Shown here: positions 1 to 12,434 of the stretch, in pieces | How positions within the stretch are numbered: the stretch's first letter is position 1 | How the letters are laid out: every line of letters starts with the position of its first letter | Origin: Eledone cirrhosa | Taxonomy: Eukaryota | DNA: 64,000 nt | Direction of reading: 5' to 3' | Assembly: GCA_964016885.1 (NCBI GenBank) | Contig: OZ024753.1 | Span: 9,362,001-9,426,000 of the forward strand | Notes under the pieces: generated by a model | Database searches by the model: none | What the model was told of the DNA's origin: nothing | What the model saw: only the letters and a program-made list of their open reading frames with translations | Made by a program: the position numbers and the translations under genes

Positions 1-821
1 ATTTTCCTAGAGACAGGTGGTAGGATTTAAACTTACAATCACATAAACAGAACATGCATAACAAAGGATGCCATCCAATGTTTTATTGATTCTGTCAATC
101 GATCAGCCTGAACTAGTTATTTACTTATCAATCTGAAAAGGATGAAAGGCAAAGTTGATCTCAGTCGGATTTGAGCTTAGAATGCAAAGATCTAGAACAA
201 ATAATACAAGGCTTTTAATGTAAAGCTCTAATAACTCTGCCAATTTACTGCCTTGTAGTATTCATTGCTGACTAGTAGAAGATCTCAAGGACAGAAACTG
301 AATGTTAATCATGCAAAGCAATGAAATTTTTATGGCATCTTCTCAACAGCAGTTTAACTCATAAACTATCTGGCTTTATAGTTAATTCTTTCAATTTCCA
401 CTGGTTGTGAAATAGGTAGAATTAATTAACCTCCATGTTAAATAGTTAACAAGATATATTGAATTCTAGTCATGCAAATGTGTTGGAATAATCATATCAA
501 AGTGATCCCTAGGGTCTTAAATATATGTATATAGCTACCTGTAATTATAACAACAAACCATACCTGACATTATTTAATCAAAGAAATTGGTTTCTTATAT
601 GCATCTTCTCACTAGCATATGTTATCTTGTATGAAGAAACTTATCTTCCAATATCTGAGTCCAACACATTACAGAGTAGTATATAATTTACAACTGACAG
701 AACTATGAAATTTAACAGAACTATGAGATTTATGACGGTTTCATTTGCTATCAGTGGAGTTATATAGGTCCCACTCACACTCTTCGAGATGTTATCTGCA
801 AAACAGTTGAGTCCTTGCAGA

Positions 822-939
822 ATTATATTTAACTGGAATGTTACTAAATAACACTGGAACAAAATATAAGCAAAGAAATCTTGGAATGGATAAAACTATC
901 CATCCATCCTCCCATCCATGTATGTATCTTTAAAACAAC

Positions 940-991
<52 letters not shown>

Positions 992-1175
992 GTGATGGTG
1001 ATGACGTACAAGTATCACCATCATCATTATATTTAACTGGAATGCTACTAAATAACACTGGAACAAAATATAAGCAAAGAAATCTTGGAATGGACTAAAC
1101 CATCCATCCATCCTCCCATCCATGTATGTATCTATCTTTAAAACGAAGATGATGATGATGATGATGATGATGATA
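822..1175. repeat. Tandem duplication of a ~205-bp unit (about 110 bp unique sequence plus (GAT)n tract)
   Basis: ATTATATTTAACTGGAATG...CATCCATGTATGTATCT occurs at ~822 and ~1027, each followed by (GAT)n. Confidence 0.85.
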
Positions 1176-1448
1176 TACAAGTATCATCATCACCATCATT
1201 ACATCTATTTTCCATGCTTTCATTTGTTAGATGGTTTGTCAGATTCTGAGGTTAGACAAGACAGGTGACTGTGTCTCACTCATACATTCCAGTTTGGCAT
1301 GGTTTATATGGCTGGATGTTCTTCCTAATGCCAACCTCTCCATGGATCACACCACATGTGTGTTTATTATTGCAGCATCACTACCATCTGATAGAGGGAA
1401 CTGCGGGCTGTTTATCATAGCACCAACACTCTCACTTTACAGAGTGGG

Positions 1449-3470
1449 TTGGGTGCATTTTTATTGTGGCACCAGCACTACCACATTACAATGTGGAATG
1501 GGTGCATTTTATTGTGGCACCAGCACTACCACATTACAGTGTGGAATGGGTGCATTTTATTGTGGCACCAGCACTACCACTTTACAGTGTGGAATGGGTG
1601 CATTTTATTGTGGTACCAGCACTACCACATTACAGTGTGGAATGGGTGCATTTTATTGTGGTACCAGCACTACCACATTACAGTGTGGAATGAGTGCATT
1701 TTATTGTGGTACCAGCACTACCACATTACAGTGTGGAATGAGTGCATTTTATTGTGGAATGAGTGCATTTTATTGTGGCACCAGCACTACCACATTACAG
1801 TGTGGAATGAGTGCATTTTATTGTGGCACCAGCACTACCACATTACAATGTGGAATGGGTGCATTTTATTGTGGCACCAGCACTACCACTTTACAGTGTG
1901 GAATGGGTGCATTTTATTGTGAAACCAGCACTACTACATTTCAATGTGGGTTGGGTGCATTTTATTGTGGTACCAGCACTACCACATTACAGTGTGGAAT
2001 GAGTGCATTTTATTGTGGCACCAGCACTACCACATTACAGTGTGGAATGGGTGCATTTTATTGTGGCACCAGCACTACCACTTTACAGTGTGGAATGGGT
2101 GCATTTTATTGTGGTACCAGCACTACCACATTACAGTGTGGAATGGGTGCATTTTATTGTGGTACCAGCACTACCACATTACAGTGTGGAATGAGTGCAT
2201 TTTATTGTGGAATGAGTGCATTTTATTGTGGCACCAGCACTACCACATTACAGTGTGGAATGAGTGCATTTTATTGTGGCACCAGCACTACCACATTACA
2301 ATGTGGAATGGGTGCATTTTATTGTGGCACCAGCACTACCACTTTACAGTGTGGAATGGGTGCATTTTATTGTGAAACCAGCACTACTACATTTCAATGT
2401 GGGTTGAGTGCATTTTATTGTGGTACCAGCACTACCACATTACAGTGTGGAATGAGTGCATTTTATTGTGGCACCAGCACTACAACATTACAATGTGGAA
2501 TGGGTGCATTTTATTGTGGTACCAGCACTACCACATTACAGTGTGGAATGGGTGCATTTTATTGTGGTACCAGCACTACCACATTACAGTGTGGAATGAG
2601 TGCATTTTATTGTGGAATGAGTGCATTTTATTGTGGCACCAGCACTACCACATTACAGTGTGGAATGAGTGCATTTTATTGTGGCACCAGCACTACCACA
2701 TTACAATGTGGAATGGGTGCATTTTATTGTGGCACCAGCACTACCACTTTACAGTGTGGAATGGGTGCATTTTATTGTGGCACCAGCACTACCACATTAT
2801 AGTGTGGGCTGGATGCATTTTATTGTGGTACCAGCACTACCACATTACAGTGTGGAATGAGTGCATTTTATTGTGGCACCAGCACTACCACATTACAATG
2901 TGGAATGAGTGCATTTTATTGTGGCACCAGCACTACCACATTATAGTGTGGGCTGGATGCATTTTATTGTGGTACCAGCACTACCACATTACAGTGTGGA
3001 ATGAGTGCATTTTATTGTGGCACCAGCACTACAACATTACAATGTGGAATGGGTGCATTTTATTGTGGTACCAGCACTACCACATTACAGTGTGGAATGG
3101 GTGCATTTTATTGTGGTACCAGCACTACCACATTACAGTGTGGAATGAGTGCATTTTATTGTGGCACCAGCACTATCACATTACAGTGTGGAATGGGTGC
3201 ATTTTATTGTGGCACCAGCACTACCACTTTACAGTGTGGAATGGGTGCATTTTATTGTGGTACCAGCACTACCACATTACAGTGTGGAATGGGTGCATTT
3301 TATTGTGGCACCAGCACTACCACATTACAGTATAGAATGGGTGCATTTTATTGTGGCACCAGCACTACCACGTTACAGTGTAGAATGGGTGCATTTTATT
3401 GTGTCACCAGCACTACCACATTACAGTGTGGACTGGGTGCATTCTATTGTGGCACCAGCACTACTACCTT
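1449..3470. repeat. 48-bp minisatellite with 21-bp short units and a 453-bp higher-order repeat, derived from an RTE/SINE 3'UTR segment
   Basis: Unit GGGTGCATTTTATTGTGGCACCAGCACTACCACATTACAGTGTGGAAT, ~42 copies. Variant GAAACCAGC at 1921 and 2374. Preceded by a degenerate minus-strand RTE/SINE 3' end at ~1185-1340. Confidence 0.95.
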
Positions 3471-3584
3471 TTAGAACTTTGGGAGAGCAGTGATAGGGTG
3501 GAAGGGATGCATTAAGTTACTTGCTACTTGCCAAGTGAGGGAGAAGTGAACTTAAAGAGAATGACATCTGGTGGTACGTTATTG

Positions 3585-4038
3585 GGAGGGCATGAGATGT
3601 ACGATGCTGCATGGTAGTGAGACATGGGCATCAACTGCGGAGGATATGAGACGGCTGGAGAGAAATGAAGCATACTCCATTGGATGTGCAATGTCAATGT
3701 GCGTGAATGACCAAGCATAGACAAGTTGAGAGAGAAACTGTGTATAAGAGAGATAAGTTGTGGTGTACGGGAGAGAAGACTATATTGGTAAGGACATGTG
3801 ATGAGTATGGAAGATGACCGCTGAGTAAAGAAGTGCCAAGAAATCCCGGGAGAAGGAAGATACAGTAGAGGAAGACCACGAAAAACATGGGCGGAGGTGG
3901 TGAGAGCAGACCTCAGATCACTGAAGCTCACAGAGGAGATGACGAAGGACCGTCACAAGTGGAGAGATACCATGCTTAATAGGACCCATCCTACCCTTGC
4001 AAGCAGAGAAAAGTGGATGTAAAATGATGATGATGATA
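3585..4038 (+). mobile_element. RTE-clade LINE, 3' fragment (degenerate, short-UTR family)
   Basis: Encodes MLHGSETWA..EDMRRLERNEA and GRPRKTW remnants; ends ACCCTTGCAAGCAGAGAAAAGTGGATGTAAAA(TGA)n. Confidence 0.85.
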
Positions 4039-4319
4039 TAAGGGGAGGAGAGTACGTAGTGATGGGCCATGGGGTTGGTCATGGAGAGAGTGGGTGAATA
4101 AACAATCAGTATCTGGCAGTTCAATATGGATGTGTGTCTATCTTTCTATATAAGAATGAACTGGACTGGGAAGGAACAGTATCTAGTGTTTGGAACATAA
4201 CATAACAACAGTTCTTATATAAAATGATGATAGAAGGTTTTAAGATAAATATAAACACTTGAAAATAACCAGTTTTGTATATTAGAAGCAAAGTATTTTC
4301 AGGCGGGTTAGTATAGCAG

Positions 4320-4660
4320 GCTCATGGCTTAGTGGTTAGAGCATTGGGATTGCAATCGAAAGGTTGTGAGTTCAATTCTCGGACTGGGTGATGTGTTGTT
4401 TCCTTGAGCAAGACATTTTATTTCACATTGCTCCAGTTTACTCAGCTGTAGAAATGAGATGATAGGACTGGGGACCCTATCATTCCAATGCAAAAGTGAT
4501 CATGGAGGTGCCATGGCAAAAAAGCACCCAGCACTCACTGTAAATGAGGTTGGTGTTAGGAAGGGCATCCAGCTGTAGAAATCAAGCCAGAATCAGTTCC
4601 CCGTCTAACCCATGCTAGCATGGAAGAACAGACGTAAAACGGTGATGCTGATGATGATGA
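4320..4660 (+). mobile_element. tRNA-derived SINE family A (CORE-like body, RTE-type tail)
   Basis: A box TGGCTTAGTGG, B box GAGTTCAATTC, CCTTGAGCAAGACA segment, LINE-like tail ending (ATG)n. Confidence 0.9.
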
Positions 4661-4711
4661 TAGACACTCTAAAATAACTAGTTTTGTATATTAGAACCAA
4701 GCTATTTTCAT

Positions 4712-5390
4712 GCAGGTTAGTATCTTAGAACCAAAGGTAGTTTCAGGCAGGTTAGTATCTTAGAACCAAAGGTAGTTTCAGGCAGGTTAGTATCTTAGAA
4801 CCAAAGGTAGTTTCAGGCAGGTTAGTATCTTAGAACCAAAGGTAGTTTCAGGCAGGTTAGTATCTTAGAACCAAAGGTAGTTTCAGGCAGGTTAGTATCT
4901 TAGAACCAAAGGTAGTTTCAGGCAGGTTAGTATCTTAGAACCAAAGGTAGTTTCAGGCAGGTTAGTATCTTAGAACCAAAGGTAGTTTCAGGCAGGTTAG
5001 TATCTTAGAACCAAAGGTAGTTTCAGGCAGGTTAGTATCTTAGAACCAAAGGTAGTTTCAGGCAGGTTAGTATCTTAGAACCAAAGGTAGTTTCATGCAG
5101 GTTAGTATCTTAGAACCAAAGGTAGTTTCAGGCAGGTTAGTATCTTAGAACCAAAGGTAGTTTCAGGCAGGTTAGTATCTTAGAACCAAAGGTAGTTTCA
5201 TGCAGGTTAGTATCTTAGAACCAAAGGTAGTTTCAGGCAGGTTAGTATCTTAGAACCAAAGGTAGTTTCATGCAGGTTAGTATCTTAGAACCAAAGGTAG
5301 TTTCAGGCAGGTTAGTATCTTAGAACCAAAGGTAGTTTCAGGCAGGTTAGTATCTTAGAACCAAAGGTAGTTTCAAGAGAGTTAGTATCA
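4712..5390. repeat. 35-bp minisatellite, ~19 nearly identical copies
   Basis: Unit GCAGGTTAGTATCTTAGAACCAAAGGTAGTTTCAG. Confidence 0.95.
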
Positions 5391-6121
5391 AAAGTGTTAT
5401 CCAGTAATCATTACATGGTAAACTCCTTCACCCACTTATTTCTGGGAGAGTCTTGGAAACCAAGTCCTAACATACTCCTTCCAGTGAGTCCTGTCAGAAG
5501 CAACTGTCTCCACTTGATTTGAATGGATCTCCAAGAAAAACCAGCCAAGCTCATAGATGTTATTTAACCTTCATGCTTGGGGGGTGTACCCCCTGGGTCT
5601 CCTGCCAGTTGGTTTCGCCTGTAAAATCTATCCAGCGATTCTTTCCTGAGACATTCTAATCACATATCCATAATTTTAAATAAATATTAAATAAATAAAA
5701 AATAATAAATAATACATTCATATTATTTATTTTCTTTCACGTTAAAATAATAAATGGAACAGTCAAGTTTGGCAGGTTTTTGCTGTCAGAACCTAAAATT
5801 ATTGATGATTTTCAAATATGTTTTTTTTTTTTTTTTAAAAACTTATAATTACTCAAATATTTCTTTTCTGTGGCTGAAAACGTGTCAGAATTTATAATTT
5901 TCATCACACTGCAACCATTAGAATATATAGATTTCATATCTTTGCTATGGAAAATTTTGGAAATTTCCATCAATCTGTATCTGTCAGAATTTGCAAAATT
6001 GGCTGCTTTTCAGATATGATATAAAGGTAGGTATATACTAAAATTGTTCATTTTATTTTCGTTTTTTTTACTTCTTCTTTCACTGTATTCATTAGATTAC
6101 ATATTCGTCTGTGTGTGTGTA

Positions 6122-6157
<36 letters not shown>

Positions 6158-6319
6158 TATAAATATATAATATATATATTATATATTATATATATATATT
6201 ATAAATATATAATATATATATTATATATTATATATATATATATATTATATATATATATATTATACATATATAATACATATATTATATATTATATATATAT
6301 ATATATTATATATATATAT

Positions 6320-6656
6320 ATGGCTTAGTGGTTAGATCATTGGCTTTGCAATCGAAAGGTTGTGAGTTCAATTCTCAGACCGGGTGATGTGTTGTTTCCT
6401 TGGGCAAGACACTTTATTTCACATTGCTCCAGTTTACTCAGCTGTAGAAATGAGATGATAGGGACTGGGGTCCCTATCATTCCACTGTAAAGTGGTCGTG
6501 TAGGCGCCATGGATAAAAAGCACCCAGCACTCACTGTAAATGAGGTTGGTGTTAGGAAGGGCATCCAGCTGTAGAAATCAAGCCAGAATCAGTTCCCATC
6601 CCACCCTTGCAAGCAGGGAAAAGTGGACGTAAAATGAAATGATGATGATGAATGAT
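6320..6656 (+). mobile_element. SINE family A inserted in (TA)n tract
   Basis: Same head and body as 4320-4660, but tail CCCACCCTTGCAAGCAGGGAAAAGTGGACGTAAAA(TGA)n. Confidence 0.9.
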
Positions 6657-6817
6657 ATTATATAAATATAATATATATATATATACATATATAATATATA
6701 TATTATATATTTATAATATATATAATATACATATAATATAATATATATATATATAATATACATATATATACATATATAATATAATGTTTATATAATATAA
6801 TACATATCTATACATAT

Positions 6818-8475
6818 CATCATCATCATTTTACGTCCGCTCTTCCCTGCTTGCAAGGGTGGGACTGGTCTTATTTAGCACAGCATCTCTCCACTTATCA
6901 CGATCTCCTAGGTACCGGAAGCTATCCACTACTTCTATAGCACCCGCTTGCATTTGAAAAATGTGTCTATCAATGCAACTTCTACTGTCTAATTTCCCTG
7001 TACATCTACTGCATACGTATTTCTCCCTACCTGTTAGTTTGCCTGCTATCCCAATACATTTTTTGTGTACCCAGGATCTGCATTGTGTGCATTTTATAGA
7101 ATTTATGCCAGTTCCTTTTCTGCATATCGAACATTGCCAGTTCCCTGACGGAATCAGAGTTTTGTCCTCTTTTCTACTCATCAACACTTTTGTCTTAGCT
7201 AGGTTCACTCTCAGTCCTCTTGCTTCCAACTGCTGTTTCCATAGCTAGAATTTATTCTCTAGCTCCTCTACTGATTCTGTTATAAGAACCAGATCGTCAG
7301 CATAGAGAAGTTCCCATGGACAGCCAGTCTTAAACTCCTCTGTTATGGCTTGGAGGACTATAATGAACAAGAGCGGGCTGAGGACCGAACCCTGATGTAC
7401 TCCTACTTGTATCTGGAATTCCTCACTAAACTCCATTCCTACCCTGACTTTACTGACAGCACCTCTGTACAAAGTTTGCACTGTCCTCACATGCCATTCC
7501 TCAACACCTAGTTTGCTTAGGGACCACCAGATGACAGATCGGGGTACCCTATCAAAGGCCTTCTCTACGTCAACAAAGGCTAAGTAATGTGGCTTATTCT
7601 TCTCTAAGAACCTCTCTTGTAATTGTCTCACCAAGAAGAGGGCATCTGTTGTACTTTTCGCAGGCACAAAACCAAACTGCATCTCATCTAGTTTGACCCT
7701 TTCTCTAATTAGTTGTGCTAATATCCTTTCTGCCACTTTCATAACCTGATCCTTCAGTTTTATACCCCTATAATTGCTCCTCTCCAGAGCATCCCCTTTA
7801 CCTTTGAAAATACTGCTGCACCAGTCTTTGGGTATGACACCACCATATATATAGCCTGATTGATGATGCATGCAACCAGTTTAGTGCTTATGTCTCCTGA
7901 TGCCTTCAGCATCTCAGCAACTATCCCCGACCGACCAGCAGCCTTACCATTTTTCATTTCCTTAATTGCCTTTTGGACCCTATATTCATCAATCTCAATG
8001 GCTGGTCCCTCTGTCGGATCTACTGAGGGTAAATTTCTCTCTCTCCCATTCGTTCTCCACATTCATCAGCCTCTCATAATGACATTTCCAGGCCTCCTTT
8101 TTCTGATCATTCGTGACACTAAATTCACCAGCATCATTTTGGACACATTTATCTCCAACAATATCCTGATTTGCATTGACACATGTGGAACACCGCACGC
8201 TTCTGATCTTCCCGTCACAGAACATTGGCAAACCTCCTACTCTCAGCCTCCCTGCGTGCTAAGTACACCTGACATCTAGCTTCTCTCGTAGCGGCTGTAT
8301 ATCCTTCTCCCAAGCCTTCCACGCTAGTCTTTTGTCTCTAACGGACCTATCTACTGTACTGTTCCACCACCAGGTCACTCTCTGTCTGGTTGAAGCTCTG
8401 CTCCAGCCACAAGTTTCATCAGTAGCCTGCAGTAAGTTGTCACATAAGAAATTCCAGTTATTATCTATGTCATAC
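6818..8475 (-). mobile_element. RTE-clade LINE, 5'-truncated, frameshifted and internally deleted
   Basis: ORF pieces give TWWWN, NYRGIKL, EMQFGF, AFVDVEKAFDRVPR, GVHQGSVLSPLLF, LLYADDL and a Cys/His finger; FRYLGD is fused directly to the C-terminal RDKWRD; (ATG)n tail. Confidence 0.95.
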
Positions 8476-8492
8476 GACATATATATATAATA

Positions 8493-8529
<37 letters not shown>

Positions 8530-8870
8530 AAATGTAATCCGAGTTTTTCGAATATTAATAATAACATTCAATGAAAAGTAGTTTTAGATTGATGTGTGAT
8601 ATTGGGAAAACATTTTTTGAGGGGGGGCTGGAAAGGATGAAAAAGAGGAGGAGATGAGAGTAAAAAGTGGAGGGGGAGGAGTATAATGAGGAAGGATGAG
8701 ATAGGAAGAGAGATGGGTGATAGAGAGAGAGAGATAGCTTTTATAACTGAGAAAAAATATATTGTTTTACATAAAGAGGTTGAAAAACCGTTGGAAGATA
8801 ATATATAAATTAAAAGAATTTGAAAATTAACGAAGAGAAAAATAATGTTAAGTTAAGGTTTGTATATTGA

Positions 8871-9040
8871 AGGGTTTAATAATGTGTGTGATGAAAAGAA
8901 ATTGTTAATATGTATTAAGAATAATATTTAATCGTTTAATAATATGTGCGATGGAAAGAAAATGTTAATATGTATTAAGAATAATATTTAAGGGTTTAAT
9001 AATATGTGCGATGGAAAGAAATTGTTGATGTGTATTATTA
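8871..9040. repeat. ~60-bp tandem repeat, 3 copies
   Basis: AGGGTTTAATAATATGTGCGATGGAAAGAAATTGTTAATATGTATTAAGAATAATATTTA repeated. Confidence 0.8.
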
Positions 9041-9266
9041 AAAAAATATAAAAATATAGCAATAGTAATGTAAGTAAGGATATATTGTGAAAGAAGTAGA
9101 AGATTGGATGAATAAGTTAGATCTTTTGATCTTATATATAATATACATATATATATATAATTATGATTAAAAGTTTAACAAGGTTCAATGAATTCATCAA
9201 TGAATAAAGTTTCACAATAGATTATAAGCACTCTACAGTAAGGTTTTCTGGAGTTATTAATATTAC

Positions 9267-9941
9267 TTCAAAATATTAATAAATATAGACATTCATGTGA
9301 TTAAATATATTTTATTATACATATTTCAGAGGTACTGAGCTATTTCAACAGTACATCCTCATCAGATAAAATAAGTTGATGCCTGACAAACCTTGACTAT
9401 GTTGATGGTTATAATTTAGTCATGGCAGTCATAACTAAATTATAACCATCAACATAGTCAAGATTTGTCAGGCATCAACTTATTTTATCTGATGAGGACG
9501 TACTGTTGAAATAGCTCAGTACCTCTGAAATCATCATCATCATTTTCATCATTTCATTTTACGTCCGCTTTTCCCTGCTTGCAAGGGTGGGACGGGAACT
9601 GATTCTGGCTTGATTTCTACAGCTGGATGCCCTTCCTAACACCAACATCATTTACAGTGAGTGCTGGGTGCTTTTTTGCCGTGGCACCTCCACGACCACT
9701 TTGCAGTGGAATGATAGGGACCTCAGTCCTATCATCTCATTTCTACAGCTGAGTAAACTGGAGCAATGTGAAATAAAGTGTCTTGCTCAAGGAAACAACA
9801 CATCACCCAGTCTGAGAATTGAACTCACAACCTTTCGATTGCAAGCCCAATGCTCTAACCACTAAGCCATGTGCCTCCATGTAATATGTATAATAAAATA
9901 TATTTGATCACATGAATGTCTATATTTATTAATATTTTGAA
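9267..9941. repeat. Long palindrome (~160-bp arms) interrupted by a SINE; contains a hammerhead-like core
   Basis: 9267-9426 is the near-perfect reverse complement of 9428-9531 plus 9883-9941; CTGATGA-G-GAC-GTACT-GTT-GAAA at 9489-9511. Confidence 0.9.
9532..9880 (-). mobile_element. SINE family A
   Basis: Reverse complement of full SINE A with (CAT)n at the left end. Confidence 0.9.
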
Positions 9942-10629
9942 TATATATATATATATATCATCATCATCATCAGGTTTAGCGTCCGTGTTCCACGCTTGCA
10001 TGAACTGATCATTTAACACCCTATACCTATTACAATGGATAACTGTTATGTTTCTGAATTTGTGAACATTTTTTTAATATTTCATGTTTGTGGTCTTGTC
10101 AGTTTTAGCAAATGTTGATGGTTTTCAAATATAGTATTAATTCTCCTAATTTTTCAAAGACTTAATATTATTGGTTCAATACATGTCACAATTGATATTT
10201 CTCATGACACCCGGTGTATTAGAATACATAATTCTCATATGTTTTGATACGGAACATTTTAGAAATTTTTATGAATAAGATCCTGACAGAATGTGGAGAT
10301 ATTTCAGTTTAAAATAATTAAAAAAAAATTTTTTCATAAATAAATAAATAATATTTTTGCTGTTGCATACATGTCAGAAATTTTATTTTGAATCAATACT
10401 TTGAATTTATTTTATGATATAGAATTCACGTTATTAAAAATGGGGAATTTTGAATTTTTTTTATTGTAAATTTTGATGATTTAAAAAAAATGTGTTATCA
10501 TTTGTCATAATTACTAAAGATTTCTACTGATACTGTTCTTAGTTTAAGACATGTCTTAAATGATCCCTTTAATCACAATACAAGTATTAGAATATATAGA
10601 ATTCATGTAGGACAATGGATGTTTAGATG

Positions 10630-10818
10630 TTGACCATTCGGTGGTCCATTGACCAGTCGGAGGTCCGTTGACAAGTTGGTGGTCCGCTGACCAGTCGGTG
10701 GTCCATTGACCAGTAGGTAGTCTGTTAACCAGTCAGTGGTCCACTGACCAGTCGGTGGTCCACTGACCAGTCGGTGGTCCACTGACCAGTCGGCGGTCCG
10801 TTGACCAGTCGGTGGTCC
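10630..10818. repeat. 19-bp minisatellite, ~10 copies, each internally palindromic
   Basis: Unit CTGACCAGTCGGTGGTCCA (GACCA-N5-TGGTC). Confidence 0.9.
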
Positions 10819-10919
10819 TGTGGTAAGTTATTAGTGTACTATGCATGGTAGGGGAGTTTATGCTTCGGTGGCAAGGTTGGAATCCTTGCTGGAGATATTT
10901 AATTTAATTAATTAATTTT

Positions 10920-10972
10920 AGTTGTAGTGCACCTGAGCACTGTACACAATAATTTCATTATTATTATTATTA
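10920..10972 (+). mobile_element. CR1-type LINE extreme 3' stub
   Basis: GTTGTAGTGCACCTGAGCACTGTACACAATAATTTC(ATT)n, matching the tail of the CR1 at 33885-35100. Confidence 0.8.
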
Positions 10973-11019
10973 TGACCAAAGATAAGTCAGGATTTGCATT
11001 ATCATTATTATTATTATCA

Positions 11020-11585
11020 TCCTGCTGTGTGCAGGAGAGGCGGTTGCATTGGTATGGATATGTGATGTGTATGAAGGATGACAGCGGCATAAAAAGGTGC
11101 AGAGCACTAGAAGTCAATGGAAACCGCGGAGTGGGGAGACCCAAGAAGACCTGGGATGAGGTGATAAAAGCCGACCTTACCCAATTACACCTCTCAAAGG
11201 CGATGACACACGACCATGACCTCTGGCACCACGCAGTAATACAGAGTACTCGACCTCCAATGGGTACAAGCCGAAGCTGAAGCATATAGACAATATGCCC
11301 CTACCCCCTCCCACTGCAAAGGGGTCGTGGAGGTGACACGGCAAAAATGCACCCAGCCCACACTGTAAAGTGGATGTGTAGGCGCCACGGAAAAAAAGCA
11401 CCCAGCACTCACTGTAAATAAGGTTGGTGTTAGGAACGGCATCCAGCTGTAGAAACCAAGCTAAAATCAGTTCCTGTATGAGCAAGGCAAGGTAAGCTGA
11501 CCGGACACTGCCCACAACAGGACAACCCATCTAACCCATGCTAGCGTGGAAGAACGGACGTAAAATGATGATGATGATGATGATT
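11020..11585 (+). mobile_element. RTE-clade LINE 3' end (long-UTR family)
   Basis: ERRLHWYGYV...GRPKKTWDEVI; ~300-bp 3'UTR ending AACCCATGCTAGCGTGGAAGAACGGACGTAAAA(TGA)n; homologous to 60370-61168. Confidence 0.9.
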
Positions 11586-12397
11586 ATTATTATTAGTGTG
11601 TTGTTGTGGTCAATCCATGAGAGTATCTTGGTCAACCTATAAAAGAGTGATGCTAGAGCTGTGAAATCTTGCATGCCTTAATTTCAACACTTCTTATTAA
11701 TAACTGCATTGTTTCTTTCCAGGGACTATGTTGAAAAATAAACCTCATTTAGTCATTCCATGAGAGTATCTTGGTCAGCCTCTGAACATTTCCACTGAGC
11801 CTCATTTATGAAATTTGAATTTTTTCATTATTGCAAGGAAATCAATCAAATGACTAAATTCTAATAATTTGCAAATAACTTCCCAAAATTACTCATGACT
11901 TTTCAATTTTATAGAATCACATACATCAGAATTTGATGAATGCTTTATGTCTATTATTAGTTATAGATTTCATGTTACTATGTATGTAAACATGATTTTA
12001 ATTTTTTTAAATTTTTTGTTGTATATGTGTGAGACTGTTCAAATGTTAGAGAATTTTCTCTATTTTTTTATCTTTTTGAAATCTTATTAAAATTCTTATA
12101 ATTTCTAACACTTTTTCTTTTCTAACCTGAAGACATCACACGCTTGATCATTATATATTACATGTTCACTATTTCAGAACCTGTTAGAAGACATAAATTT
12201 CTTGATAGGTGAAATTTTGGAATATTTCATTAAAATTTTTTTCTCAAGTATATTTCTTAAGATTTTCAATTTCTTTGATGTCACATATAACAATTGATCA
12301 TTTCAACAGAATACACGTTTTTTTCTAAAAATAATTCCCTTCCATTCCTTTCCTTCTCACTCTCTAATTTTCAATTTCATTTTTTATTTCTCATTCA

Positions 12398-12434
12398 ATC
12401 TTCTGATGAATACTAGTGTCCGAAACGTTAAGAC
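12398..12434 (+). ncRNA. Minimal type-I hammerhead ribozyme-like motif (Penelope-type)
   Basis: TCTT-CTGATGA-ATAC-TAGT-GTCC-GAAAC-GTT-AAGA: intact core, palindromic stem III AACGTT, stem I TCTT/AAGA; stem II partly decayed. Confidence 0.6.

Noticed and set aside
896-1180. Poly-His ORF
   Set aside because: Reverse translation of (GAT)n.
1231-3474. 523-aa Cys-rich and 312-aa Trp/His-rich ORFs
   Set aside because: Translations of a TE-derived 48-bp minisatellite; open in several frames, no protein signature.
6014-6026. 13-nt microexon (TTTTCAG...GTAGGT)
   Set aside because: Expected by chance; lies in degenerate AT-rich repeat.
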